Assembly (NCBI RefSeq): GCF_000143415.4
Contig: NW_003314289.1
Span: 1,544,293-1,608,292, forward strand
Direction of reading: 5' to 3'
DNA from: Selaginella moellendorffii
Taxonomy: Eukaryota > Plantae > Lycopodiophyta
Length of the DNA stretch: 64,000 nucleotides
A program made the position numbers and the translations under genes. Shown one piece after another: positions 13,156 through 26,042 of the stretch. Position 1 is the stretch's first letter. The number at the start of each line of letters is the position of its first letter. The notes beneath the pieces were generated by a model. That model saw nothing but the letters and a program-made list of their open reading frames with translations. It made no database searches and was not told where the DNA came from.

Positions 13156-14029
13156 CTTACATCTTGAGTTTTTATGTAATTATTACACATCTAGGTAATG
13201 TAGTTCATACAAGTTCTTCTTTTAGCCTTTCAAAATAAAGTAAAAATAAAAATAAAGTATATATACACTTACTTACTACTCAATAAGAAGTTATAACATA
13301 AGTTTTTTTATGTTTATATTCATATCTTAATAATATAAGATTTCTTTTGTTGATTACATTTCTCTCTCAATATATGGGACTTTTAAATTCCTTGTATTAT
13401 TATTTTGTTTAGAGGAGTAAAGAAAAATTTAAATTTATATCTTATATAATATCACATGCTTGTTAATAAATTTATTCAAAAATATTTAATAAAAATTTTT
13501 AATTCTATACTGTATAAGCTTTATCTTTGATCATATATAAAATCTAGAAAACTATAAAATATTAATTATTGACTAGATTTGTTACTATATATTTGAAAAA
13601 CTCTTAATCATAGAAAAATAACAAAAAATATTTTTATTATTTAACAAGAACTTTACCTTTAAATATCAAAATTAAAATAGAAAGAAAGGAGTAGATGAAA
13701 TCATGTTAGATAAAACACTTTAATATTTAAATATATTGGGTGAGATCCAAGTGTACATCTATAATGCTATATACTAATATTAGTGGAAAGAGAATACAGA
13801 AAATGTGCATATCAATTAGCCCAAAAACCCTAAATTAGATATAGGAGCGAGTGGTCTAGATTGAAATCAATTTATACACTCACATTGGTGGAGGTGAGGG
13901 ACAACTTTGATTGTCCCTAAAGAGTGCTGGGATTTGGGATTTTTTGTTTAAATCTAGCTTTTACATTATTTAAATTTCCCTTTTCTTTTAATTTTTCTCA
14001 ACTTCTTCTCTTTTACTTGTTTCTTTTCA

Positions 14030-15760
14030 TTCATCTTTAGGGCAGAGCAATAGCCTCCTCCTCCTCCTTTGACTTTGGAGCAATTGTTCACTGCTATGGG
14101 TTGCAGTTGAATAATTAAATGCAGTTGATGGTAAGATTTGGTATAGCTCCTCTTGCTTTTGCTACCAATCCTCGCGTTCGGCTAGAGTTCTTCCATGGGA
14201 ATCCTGGTTGATCACTTCATAATGATTGCCACATATCATTCTTGGGATGATGCTTGATATTTGCATGAGTTTCCCATGTGTCTCTAAAAGACAATGTTAT
14301 AATGGTACAATAGTTTGAGCACAGTCACTCATGAGGATTGGAGTATTCTTCGAAATGTCTTCAAACACACATTTGAACATGTTGACAATTGTGATGATGC
14401 CTTCCAATTATTATACCATCTTTATCAAGGCCATTTGAGTTAGTGATGCAATTTGGCATTTGTTTTCGAAGCCTCTTGCTTCATGCAAAGCCAAATATGT
14501 CAAAGTGGATCAAGCTGGGAATGTTATGGCCAGCACTGTGTTAAGATCTTGTAAAACTTGTGTATGCACTTGCTCTAACCACCCTTGACAATGCCCTTTG
14601 TTTGGCACAACATTATGAGACGTCATCTCTTCCACTTCTTGTTGTAGATCTTTTAGCTCCACTTCCTGTAGGAGATGGTTTTGTTCTAATGGAGGTTGAT
14701 GCTGTTACTACCTAAGTTCAAGGACAAAGGCGAGGACATGGTTGTAACCATGATATCCACTATTAAGCATATGATGAATTTAGTCACCCTTATCGGTGTT
14801 ATCAGCATTTTCCAAATTAGCGACTTTCATTTCCTAGGTGGAGACCTTGGCATCAATAACATCTTGTTGGTGTTGCTGCAGTGGAAGGTTTGGACACCAA
14901 GATTCATGAAGAGTTGTATGAGTAGTAAAGGAATTTTGCATAAATAAGTCAGTGACCCCTCCATTTTTCTTTTAGAAGTATCATCAAGGGGTTCATTTGG
15001 CACCAATTTATCCAGTGTTTACTTTCCAAGCTTGTTTTTATAATAAAACCTCTCCTATTATTTTCTCCTTATTGGTTGATACAAGTTTGAGTTTATCTTA
15101 TATTACTTAACCTATTGCCACATATTGCTATCTACATTTGCATTGTGTGGCAAAGCCAGTTCTTTATGGCAATTGCCATACACATGCATGTGCATGGGAT
15201 GAGGTGGATTAAGTTGTGCATATGGGCAATCTCAAGTTTGAGTTGTAATCATTGTAGGTGATGCTGAGTTGAAAATTTTACCTCATCCTTGGTATAAATT
15301 AATTGCAGCATAATCATGCCAAGTGTGACTTTAAAGTTTCTCCCCCTTGTCTCATACTTATATTTCTTTCATTCCTCTCACTTCTATACCTCTTTGGCCC
15401 TCTACTTCTCCCTCTACTTTCATCACTTTTGTTTTACTTCCTTTTACATTTCCGTCTTGTTCCTCTCTTTCCTTTTCCGATCCCTTTGACAATTTTTATA
15501 TTATAGTAGTTGATTGGCTCATAAAGGAATATGCCAGTTTCTTTGAATTTGACTTATAGTCTATCACCAAAATTCCAAGAGTATTCCAACAAGGGATACT
15601 CATCCAATCAAGATTCTAATTCGTTATTGGTCACCCAAAAATATCAAAATTTTACATGAAAATGTCAAGGAGATGTTAAAAAAGGGTATTATTTGAAAGT
15701 TGTGAAGTCTTTAGGCATATGAACCTCATCTTGTGACAAAGCCTGATAAGAATATTTGTT
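14030..15760 (+). mobile_element. Third, more decayed copy of the gypsy gag-PR-RT seen at 3.6-5.4 kb
   Basis: Colinear similarity to the reverse complement of about 3590-5400, with many C>T changes and stops. Confidence 0.85.
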
Positions 15761-15951
15761 TTAAATGATGATCAAACCCAAAGTGGTTGATAGTGAAGCT
15801 CGTTTATTTGCAAATAATAATATTGAAGTAACTTTGACTTGGTTCTTAATGGTGGTCTTTGGATATCCACATTGCAAACTAGATCTACCAAATGTCAATC
15901 AACATATAGTGTGATTCCCCTAAGTCAACCAATAGAGTCGGACTTGAGACC

Positions 15952-16159
15952 GCTCTGATACCAAATGTAAGTTTTTGAATTTGGACTTTCTAGGAAGTTA
16001 TCCAACCCAATACTATTCAAACCCAAGGACGTTTAACCTCAACTATCCCAAAACCTTTAACCAATTGAAAAAGGGGGTGCACTCTTGTTCATGGGCCCTT
16101 TCCCTTTATATTTAAACCCTATAGATCGTCTTTCAAGTCATTCTCATTAGTTGCTTACA
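15952..16159 (-). mobile_element. Short LTR (15966-16159, TGTAAG...CTTACA) with PBS on the minus strand
   Basis: gctctgatacca at 15952-15963 is the reverse-complement iMet PBS. Fragments of this LTR recur at 3180-3250, 5600-5637 and 5681-5749. Confidence 0.8.
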
Positions 16160-19100
16160 GGAAATTGGTTGAGTCTTGAAAGTTTATATTCCTAAACTAA
16201 GAGTTATTCTTTCTCTAAGATGAAAGTTTTTCCATAAACTTTCTTAAGCATTTCCAATAGTTGATCTATTAATCTTTTTCCAGAAAACCATTCTATTTTA
16301 GTAAGCTAGTACAAGCTAGTGAAAAGGTTAGAATCAACTTCGGTAGCTTAGACTTTAATAAATAGTTTATATGATGCAACTCGAAAAGGATATTGATTTA
16401 TGGGACTAAAGCAATTGAGTTGGATAAAGTCTTGGAGATTGCATAGAAAAGTGACTATTGCACTTTTCTAGAAAGGTGACCCTTATACCTTTTTTCTATA
16501 GCATTATGCTTGGTGGCATGTTGTACCTTGCATTTTATTAAACTTTATGAGAGAAGTGAATTCTCACTGATCTTGACTTGATTTTAATAGCCTTGTAACT
16601 TGGTTGAGGATGGTGATGTTTAATAGTTGTTTGAGATTGAGGTGTTAATACCCATACTATAGCTTTGTCCATTAGAAAGTTCTGTACTAATATGAGTCCA
16701 TCTCATAGTCTTTACTTTAGTTATGACTGAGTGTTGATCATGTATAACTAGCTTCTTCAAGGCATGCTTAGAGTTGTTGGATAGACATGTTGGTGAGTTT
16801 ATTGCAATCCAATTAATTGGATTTGAGTGGTCATTTAGTCTGTGCTTCTCCATGTTCCTATATCTTGTACCTGGGGTATTACCTTCTTGTTAGATAAGTA
16901 TATGACTCGATAATATGACTTTAATATTTGGGTCTTGTGAAGGCAAGTTGAAAAATGATTATTAGTTATTCTACAACTAATGATTTCTTGTAGACTTTAT
17001 TAAGGACTATTGACACTTGCTTTACTTGATAATGATTTAGTAATGATGGGCTTGCTTTACTGGATGGTTTTGTAGAGGATTGTGTCATTAACTTACATAC
17101 TTTTTCTATGTTGGCAAATTAATATTTTCCTCTATTGATATCATTTGGTTGTGTTTAGTCTATAGTGTTGGAGTACATTGAGTCTTGGATGTAGTGATTC
17201 ACTCTTTGATGATGTGTTATTTGTAACTGAGTATTATTGAATGATCAGTCTCAAATATTGACTAACATATCTTCAATTTTGGTTAGCTTAGTTGCTAAAG
17301 AGCTTTGAGTGATGATTTATTCTTACTTTCTTTTAGCTTTGTTATGGTGTTAATGGCATTAAAATGATGCTTTGTCATTGACAATGTTGATGTTAAGATT
17401 TGAGTGAAATAAGATATCTCTCAATAGGATTAATATTGAGTTTCATTAGTCTCAATGCAGATAGTATTGATGATTTAGTTATAACTTTGTGTTCTTTGAC
17501 ATTCATGCATTTGCTAGTTAGCAATTATATTGGCATTTGAATAAGTTGAGTGGCATTGAATTAGTTATATTCTAGATAAGATTATTTAATAGAGGTTGAG
17601 CTTTGGCTTTTCTTTAAAAAGTGATTTAATCATAGACTATACTAGCTTTACAAGAGGAAGAATTAATGATCAATATTGAAAATATTTGTTTCTTATTGGA
17701 TTTGAATTAAGGATATATTAATCATTCATGATTCTTCTTATGCTTGTTATAAAGTGAGTTAGGGGTGTTGAATGATTTTCTGTTCTTCAGTATTGTAGAT
17801 TATTTCTTCGACGATGATTATGCATTTTTTATTGATGGGAAGATTGATGATCTTTCATGATAGTTAATTGTTCTCTTTGACGATTTATGGCTTTTCACAT
17901 TACTACATGTTCTTGTGGTTTACTCTGGATTGGTCTCTTGGGTTTAAAATATTAGTAGGATGTTACTGACACTTGCTTGAGCAACTTAAATTCCTTCATA
18001 TTATTAACTGAGATCTATTCAGATTGGTTAGTGCAATAGTTGGCATGAACAAGTATTTATTAGTCTTATAGTATTCATTTTGTTCTGTTAATTATTGTTA
18101 CAATTGGTTCTGATAAATTAGATGTTATTTCATTTAGGTGATACATTTGCAAGCATTTTACTTACTAATCAATGATACTTTGTTTTCTTTGAGTTATCTT
18201 TCATAAATTATTTGGCATTCTATCTATAATATTTAATAGTTAAGTTTTATCATTGAGTGTTTTAGATGATACACTTGCTATTGCATATTGTTGGATGGTT
18301 AATCCTATAACTTTAATCTTTCCTAATCTTGGTGGTTCCTATACTCTAATACTACTTTATTAGATGATAATTTACTTGGAATAATTTTATGTTCCAATAT
18401 AAGATTTATTCACTGATAATTTGGTCTATTAGATATCATTGTCTTTAACTTTGATATTATCCATCTATTAATCTGTGTCGCAAATATGATTTCGAGTATC
18501 AAAAGTTATTTATGGGTTAGTCCTTTTGGATATTCTTTCCTTACTGCCATGATGGCAGGAGGTCAGTATTGCTAAACCCTTTATCAATCCTTCTTGTGTT
18601 ACTGGAGTTAACTGGGCATTTCGAGTGTACTTAGACTAGAAAAGCATAAGGGCGGAATTCCTACATGTTATTAGCTAAGCATACTTAGCCTGGTAAAGAT
18701 TTCTTGTCTTGTTGTGTTTTGCATTGACCCCTAAACTCCCACGTATTGAGATTACTCCCTCAATATTGCTAAATGATAATTTACTGTGTCTACCAAACAC
18801 CCTTGTTATCATGCCCTTTATATTAGTTCCATTCGGTCTTATTGAATATTTATGGAAAGTGTCTAGATTTGCTAATTTGGCATATCTATAGAATATAGAG
18901 ATTGTCTTGAACACAATGGTGTTAGTTTCATATTTAAATTTACAATCTAACACCATTCTATATTTAGTAAGTTTTAAATTTGTCGTAGAGCCTAACTCCT
19001 GGTACTAAAGGTGACAAATGTATAATAGGGACAATGGGTAGGTCAAGCATGGCTGACCAATCTAAAGCATAGTCTAACTTCTACTTGCGTGTCTATCCTT

Positions 19101-19551
19101 ATTTTGCATCTGGCTTGAGTTTAAGCCCAAGTTCCATACCATGCTAGCTGGTGGAGTACTTATATCCTTGTATTATACCACTAGTATGCTGAAATAGTGC
19201 TAAACGTCATTTGGCTCAATTTTGTGTGCTAGTCCTTGCATTGGGATACTAGATGCTTTAGGACTATTCTTACATTGCTTCATGCTTTTGTCCCTTTACT
19301 CTTTGGGCTAAACACTCAGAAGTTGCTTCATGCTCCAGTTCCTTCGCTCATTAGTTGCAAATTTCAAAATTTGGCTTTGTATCTTCTTCATAAAAGGGCC
19401 CTAAAATTTAGGTTTTGCTCTACTGTCCTTGGACATGTGGCATATAACACATGGCATGTGATACATGGCACATAGAAGGTTTAGGTTCTGCTTCATGGGT
19501 ATCCTATGGTAAATCATCATAGGATAAAGGATGAAAACCATATCAACTACA
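16160..19551 (+). mobile_element. Partial second copy of the 7197-13155 element: internal region plus LTR 18476-19551
   Basis: Colinear with about 9225-11960. LTR runs tgtcgcaaatatga...caactaca, followed by a degenerate PBS (tgtatcagag). Confidence 0.85.
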
Positions 19552-19789
19552 TTTTGTATCAGAGGAGTGGTGAATTAGTTGTTTGGCATGGCACTAGTGG
19601 ATCCTTCTTAAGCATGATTATAAATGGATCAATTAAGACTGTAGGAATTAGTTTATTGGTTCAAGTAGTCATTGCCATGCTCTCTCATAAAACTTTTCTT
19701 GGATTGGACTGAAGGCAATGCAAATGCAAGCTTGGTTTAGTCAAAGTTGAGTTCAAAAGAACAATTATTAGGGACGAAGGATCAAACAT

Positions 19790-22095
19790 GTAAATCATGT
19801 CCAAATTCACAATTTAGCGTCATTCTATATTTATTAAGTTTCAAGCTTGTCAAAGACTAAGTTCTGGTACTAAAGGCGTGTCTATCTTTGTTTTGTGTCT
19901 AACTTGGGTTTAAATCTAAATTCCATACCATACTACTTGGTGGAATACTTATATCCTCATGTTATGCCACTAGTATGCTGAAATAGTGCCAAACTCCATT
20001 TAGCTTTGTTTTACATGCTTGTTTTGGCATTGGGATGCTGGATGTTCTAGAACTATTCTTATGTCTCTCCGTGCTCTTGTCCCTTTACTCCTTGGGTTGA
20101 ACACTTAGGAGTCGCTTTATGCTCTCCTTCGCTCCTTGGCTGCAAACTTAAGATTTTGGAGCTATATCTTCTTAAGTGGCCTATGGCCCTAAAACTGGAG
20201 CTTTACTCCACTATGCTTGGGCACATGGTATATGATATATAGCACATGGAGGTTTAAGTTCTACTTTGTGGTTATCTTATGGTAAACTATCATAGGATAA
20301 AGGGTGAAAACCACATGTGCTACAGTCTTGTAAAGCATCTATAGATCAAGGTATCTACCATGGGATTATGGTATAGGTGGATGACTAGTGCCTCATATGG
20401 AATAGTTAATTTACACAATGAAAGAATTTGTAGATTTAGTGCGGAAATGAAAGTGTTGGTCCACTTGGTTTAGGGTTGCTACTCAATAGTCAATGAAAAC
20501 ATTGATATTTCTGAGAGTGTAGTGCATGTGATTATGAGATGAAATTAAAATATACCATCACCATGGATCTTTGGAAGTTTGAGGGATAAATGAAAATAAA
20601 ATAATTATTAAGGGCTCTCTCTTCAAGTAATTGCCCCTTTTCCAATTAGCTTAAGGGGAAAGAGATAGAGTGTGCTACAAAATTGTTTAAATGAGTTTTT
20701 GAGATTGTTCTAGAGTGGGACTAAAGTGAAAAGCCAAAGTGTGTTTACATAATTAATAATTAGGGGGGTAGGGGGGAGCTTTTATGTGTAACTATCCTTA
20801 TTCTCCATTTGGCTTGTACCTAAGCCTAAACCTCATACCATGCTAATTGATAGAGTACCCATCTCTTCATGTGTGGCCACTCGTATGTTGAAATAGTGTC
20901 AAAATTTATTTAGCTTTTTTTATGTGCCAATCTTGGTGTTGGGATGTTAAATGCTCTAAGATTGTTCCAATGTCCCTTATGTTCTTGTCCTTTGCTCCTT
21001 AGCTGTACATTTAGAAATTATTCTGTGCTCATGTTTCTTCAATCCATATATATATACTTAAGTGTTTGGCTTTGTCCATTCGTTTAGGGGCCCTGAGCTT
21101 TGCTCCATAGTTATTCTATGGTAAATCACTTTAGGGTAAAAGATGAAAATCATATGTGCTACATGCTCTAAGTAAGGCTTCTTTGGTGGATCAACTCAAG
21201 AATTCAACATTTTGGGTGATGGTGGCGTGTTTGACTTTGCTAACTAATGTGTTATAAATGTAACTGTGGGCATTGAATGTTATTTATCAATGAGTCCTTT
21301 CATCCTTACTGCCACCACAATAAGCTATTGGTACTACTGGTTCCCTTTATTAGTCCCTCTACTTCAAGTGTAGTAAATTGGTTTTAGCAGATGTACTCAG
21401 TCAGATAAACATACTAAGCATACTCAGCCTAACTTTTAGTTCTATTTTACTCTGTCTTACACTAACTTAAGCACTAATCCCTCAATATTACTATATGATA
21501 GTTTACTATTTTTATTACTATCATGCTCCAATGTGTTGGTTTCATATCAATTATATTAGTCATTTATGAAAAGTGTTTAGATATGTCAATTTAAGCATAT
21601 CTATAGCATGTAAAGATTGCATTGAATATAATAGTGTTGTACCTATACCAAAATACATAATATAATATCATTTCATATTTAATAAGTTTTTAAGCTTGTT
21701 CCATAGACTAACTCTTGGGCCTAAGATGAAAGCCCAAAGTAAACTTTTATATAGGGTGGTGGCTATAAATATATAGGAGAGATAATTAGTAAGTTAGGCA
21801 TGGTTGACCAACTTGAAATATTATTTGGCTCCTTGTTAGATATGTTTCTTTTTTACTTGATTTTAACTCTAGGAATATCTATATCCTCGCAATCAATATA
21901 TTGAAATAGCATTAAACACCATTTAGCTCTATTTTGATTTTGGTGTTTGGATATATGCTAGTCTTGTCTCCCAAGGGCTTGAAATTCAAGTCTCACTCTA
22001 TTGCTTTTAGCACACATGCTCAAGGGTTAGGTTCTACTTTATAGCTCCTATAATAATTTATTATAGGGTATAGAGTGAAAACCACATGTAGCACA
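19790..22095 (+). mobile_element. Three further partial or decayed LTR copies of the same family (about 19790-20324, 20700-21163, 21249-22095)
   Basis: Each ends in an aaaaccacatgtgctaca-like terminus and shares internal blocks with 7197-8330. Confidence 0.75.
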
Positions 22096-22099
22096 CGAT

Positions 22100-23300
22100 A
22101 TAAGAAAAATTCTTGGTTGTTAGAGGAATTGTAAATGCAAAGACTTTAGTGGCTATTCCAATAGTAGTGAAATTTTCTTAAGAAGTCTTCTACTGTAAAC
22201 AAGAAACCACTAGTTGTCTATTATGGATGACTTTGAAGTTGTTTTCAATTTATATTTTTTCCCTCACTATGACATGGAGAATGCTTGTATGGAATTTTGA
22301 TATTTTCAGTAATAAAAAATAACACTTAGGACTACATTGAAAGCTTATTTTCTTGATTAATTGTATTTCAATTAAAGATTCAAAGAATAAATTATACTTT
22401 ATTGATGGCTTTTAAAGTGAGAGCATGAGGCAATACTTATATCATTTTCCTATGAAGCATTTGGAGGAGTTCTTTGATGTGGGTTGTTGATTTGAAAATG
22501 GTAAGCACAAATCTCATAAATATTTAAGGAGCCTTTCAATAAAGAATTATTATGATAATTGTTATAAACACAAGGATGGAAATAGATATCACAAATTGAA
22601 GCCTATAGTGGTTACTTTAGATACAAAATCATTGAAGAAGTATAAGTTCATTATTAAGAATTATAAGCAAGATTGTCATCATTGTAGTAAATTTAGACAC
22701 TACAAGGTTGATTGTTCACAATTGAAGAACAAGTAACAAAGTAAGAAAAATAATTAATCTTTTAATAATGGTAAAGTTGTAAAATTTGCAGTGTGAGGAT
22801 GATGAGAAGGACTATTCTAGTTTTTAAAAGCGGCTCTCGATTGTTTCTCATTAACTAAAAAGGTAGAGGATGAGGATATTTGTGAATCATTTTTAATGTT
22901 AAAGGGTATATTCTATGGTTTAGTGTAAGTTTTACTAAACAGTAGAAGTAATGATAACTTTGTTTTACAAAGTTTATTGAGGAGTATAACTTTGTGACAT
23001 AAGGAATTCTTCTATACACAATGAAAGGTGCAATTACTTTTACACAATATTCAATGCTTGAGTAAAGAGGGTTAGTTGGCAATATCACACTTGTAGAGAC
23101 TTTTTATCTAATAGAAATCCATTATGTGAAACTTATTTTAAGAATATTATAGTTGATAAAGGTGGATCCAGAGATAAAGTGGACCATTAAATATGTCTTA
23201 CTATAGTTTAGTGGCATTAAGTATATATGGGGAGTTTAACCTCAAGTTATTATGTTCTCTACTACATCTTTGAAGCAGGTTTGTTATTGCGTGAAATGTC
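22100..23300 (+). mobile_element. Highly decayed retroelement gag relic (copia-like)
   Basis: CCHC zinc knuckle CHHCSKFRHYKVDC at 22674-22715. No intact ORF. Confidence 0.5.
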
Positions 23301-23316
23301 TTTTCAAGAGTTTCTC

Positions 23317-23349
23317 AGAGAGGGAGAGGGGGAGAGAGAGAGAGAGAGA
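23317..23349 (+). repeat. (GA)n microsatellite / purine tract
   Basis: Seen directly in the sequence. Confidence 0.9.
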
Positions 23350-25241
23350 TCTTGTCAAGTCATATAAAGTTAGAATTATAAGTCATAATTATGGAATATA
23401 TAATATAGTGATCACTTTCATATAGAGTGACTATACTAATTATTAGTTGTGTTAAATAGGGGTTAAACCACTAAATTTCTACTTAAGAAATAAATATTCT
23501 ATCCATTGAGCTACATATGCATTAACAAATTATGCTAATCCATTCTAATCAATATAGTGTTGAAGAACAACATTTTCATTTATGTTCACTAGCAAAATCA
23601 ATTCTTGGTAAGAAAGTAGCATAACTTGAGGTAAGTCAGAGTTATACTACTCAATTAACCATAAACACTTTGTATTCTCTATCTCTTGTATAGGTAATGA
23701 TGGGAACTTTGGCTTGCAAATTTTTTATTATCAACAAAACTAACAAGATTTTGTTTCTCCTGTTTTCCACAATAAGGTGTGGTTTTGGGGGCAAATTTGC
23801 TGGGATCAAAACCATCCAACCATTTTTGAGGCTTCTGTGAGTTGGGGTTAAAGTCCTATAGAATTACATATGATAATTGAACAAGATATAGAGAGAGTGA
23901 TGAGCTCTTTCTCATAGAAGAGGGCTAGTTATGGAAGAACAAAATTTGTAAATATTGTAATTTCAAGCAGCAAGTTCCTTCTTAACTTACTTTCAAGCTA
24001 CTCAATTGCTTTGTAAATATACCAAGGAAGCAAGAATACAAAGACAACCTCAGTCAACACCTAAGATTTATGGGAACCTAACTGTGATGCAATTCATTTT
24101 AAGGTCACATAAATAGAGAGGTGCATTGTACTTAAGATTTGGAATATGTTAGGATCACTATATTTAAATATTATAGTCACATATAAAACATCTACAAAAT
24201 TATATAATATTCATTATTGACTAGAGGTTTTTACTATATGAAAATATCTTATATTGAGGAGAAAAATAATAATCATTTTTCTGAAGTTTTTTATTTATCT
24301 AAGGATGCAAATATCATGAGTTGGATGACAAATAAAAAATGAAGAAAGATAAATACTCTAAGTATAAAATGTTAAAAACTCTACTTTTATAGGGTTTATT
24401 AAATAGTGTTTGATGCACAAAAATCTTAAATTTAAATATCTGAAACTCAGAAAAATATAAAAATAAATTTGAAATTACTTTATTATTTTTCATACAATGT
24501 TAAATTAAAACAATTTGTTGAATATTTTAAAATAACTGTATTTAAAAATATCAAAAAATTATTTTTTAATTTTAGTTTTAATCTGTTACGGAGAAATAAG
24601 TTATTAAGTCATGAATATAATAATTTAAGTAAGTATAGTTTTATTTTTATTTCTAACCTTTTCTAATAAAAACTTATGCAAGACTACTTAGGTGTGTAAA
24701 TGTTATTATGGAATCATCCATTGTTTGACTTCTATATACATGTGGCTTTTCCAACCGGCAAAATGTGAATTTTAGTGGCAGTCATATTTTTAGTGAGAGA
24801 TAGAGTTTTCTGATAGAATTTTCGGCATTTTGATTGCATGCAAGGTTGTGAGTTTCCCTTACAACAGCACCATTCACCACTTCTCACTGCCAAGAGCATA
24901 GAGTATCAGGCTTTGCAATTCAAGTGTTGGCTGTTTAATTTGTAGCTGGGTAGGGCTCCATTCTTGCTGAGCTCACGGTTATGGGGTTGGGGCGAGTGCT
25001 CTCCCTGTCCTTAATGCCATGCAATTTTCCACCACTTATCAACGCTAGAAAAAGTTTTTACAAACTCCCAGCTGAAAAAACACAGGAATCCACCAGTTTT
25101 GGCAAGAGCTCTTTGATGAGAGTTGTGCCCAAACTGCCATCCTTGCACACCAAAGTGATGTTATTGTCACAGGAACCTAAAAAGAAGATTTAATTGCCAT
25201 TGCCAGGGATCATAAACCCGAGACCCGTGTTGTTTGTTACT

Positions 25242-25314
25242 CGCGCCAGACAGGGGTCGAACCTGTGACTTTCTGCTTAGGAAACAGACGCTCTATCCAC
25301 TGAGCTACAGGCGC
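25242..25314 (-). tRNA. tRNA-Arg(CCT)
   Basis: 73-nt cloverleaf, anticodon loop ttCCTaa, A and B boxes. Identical to 38218-38290. Confidence 0.97.
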
Positions 25315-25487
25315 ATTGACAAAGTTGTGAGGGGCTGGTAAACTCTAAGTCCACTATAGTCAATGTAGTGTTGAATGGCAACATTCTCATTTTAGTGTTA
25401 ACGTGTCCAGCGAGAACTTCGCAAATCAATTATTCCTGGCAAGAAAACAACTTAATTTTGGACCTTTCTCCTCAAGCCAAAATAAAT

Positions 25488-25858
25488 ATGAATTCCATAT
25501 CGATGGCTCTCTTATTACAGTGTTGGGGGCTACTACAACTCTCATCGTTTGGGGCATTTTCTTCCATGGATTTGTGAGTGGCGGCTCCTTCGGTGTTTTC
25601 CTCGACCCGGGATGCAACATCTCGGGGCCTCGGTTCGATCAAAAGGAGTGTGGCGAGTGTCACTCGTATCCAAGCTTGTTTGGCTACAGGTTTGATTGGG
25701 ATGGCAAGCACGCCTTGCTCTTGTGGCCTGCTCCCACTTGCAACGCCTCTGACAAGCTCCACAAGACACGGTGGCCCCCCTCCTCTTGGTCGCCCTCTAT
25801 ACCTATCGTACAAAATCTTGTAGAGCAAGCACGTAATTATAGGGCTAAAGCTGTGTAG
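25488..25858 (+). pseudogene. MiAMP1-like antimicrobial peptide gene with an apparent frameshift in the signal peptide
   Basis: SFGVFLDPGCN..RF..KECGEC...FGYRFDWDG..ALLL...TCN resembles MiAMP1 (FTVWSGPGCN..RYSKCGC...GGYDFSYTGQTAALY...GC). The ATGs at 25488 and 25503 are out of frame with the hydrophobic stretch. Confidence 0.55.
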
Positions 25859-26042
25859 TTAAAGCAAAATATAAAATATGAGAAATAAAACTACTTTATA
25901 AAATAGAATTTAAAAGGTTAAGGATTTAAAATATGTAATAATACATCATGTTTATTTCATGTCAATATTTTAATTACCAACCTTTGAAAAGTGGGGAAGC
26001 TAACAACAAATGTGTGTGAAGTGGAAGATGCCTCCCATTTGT

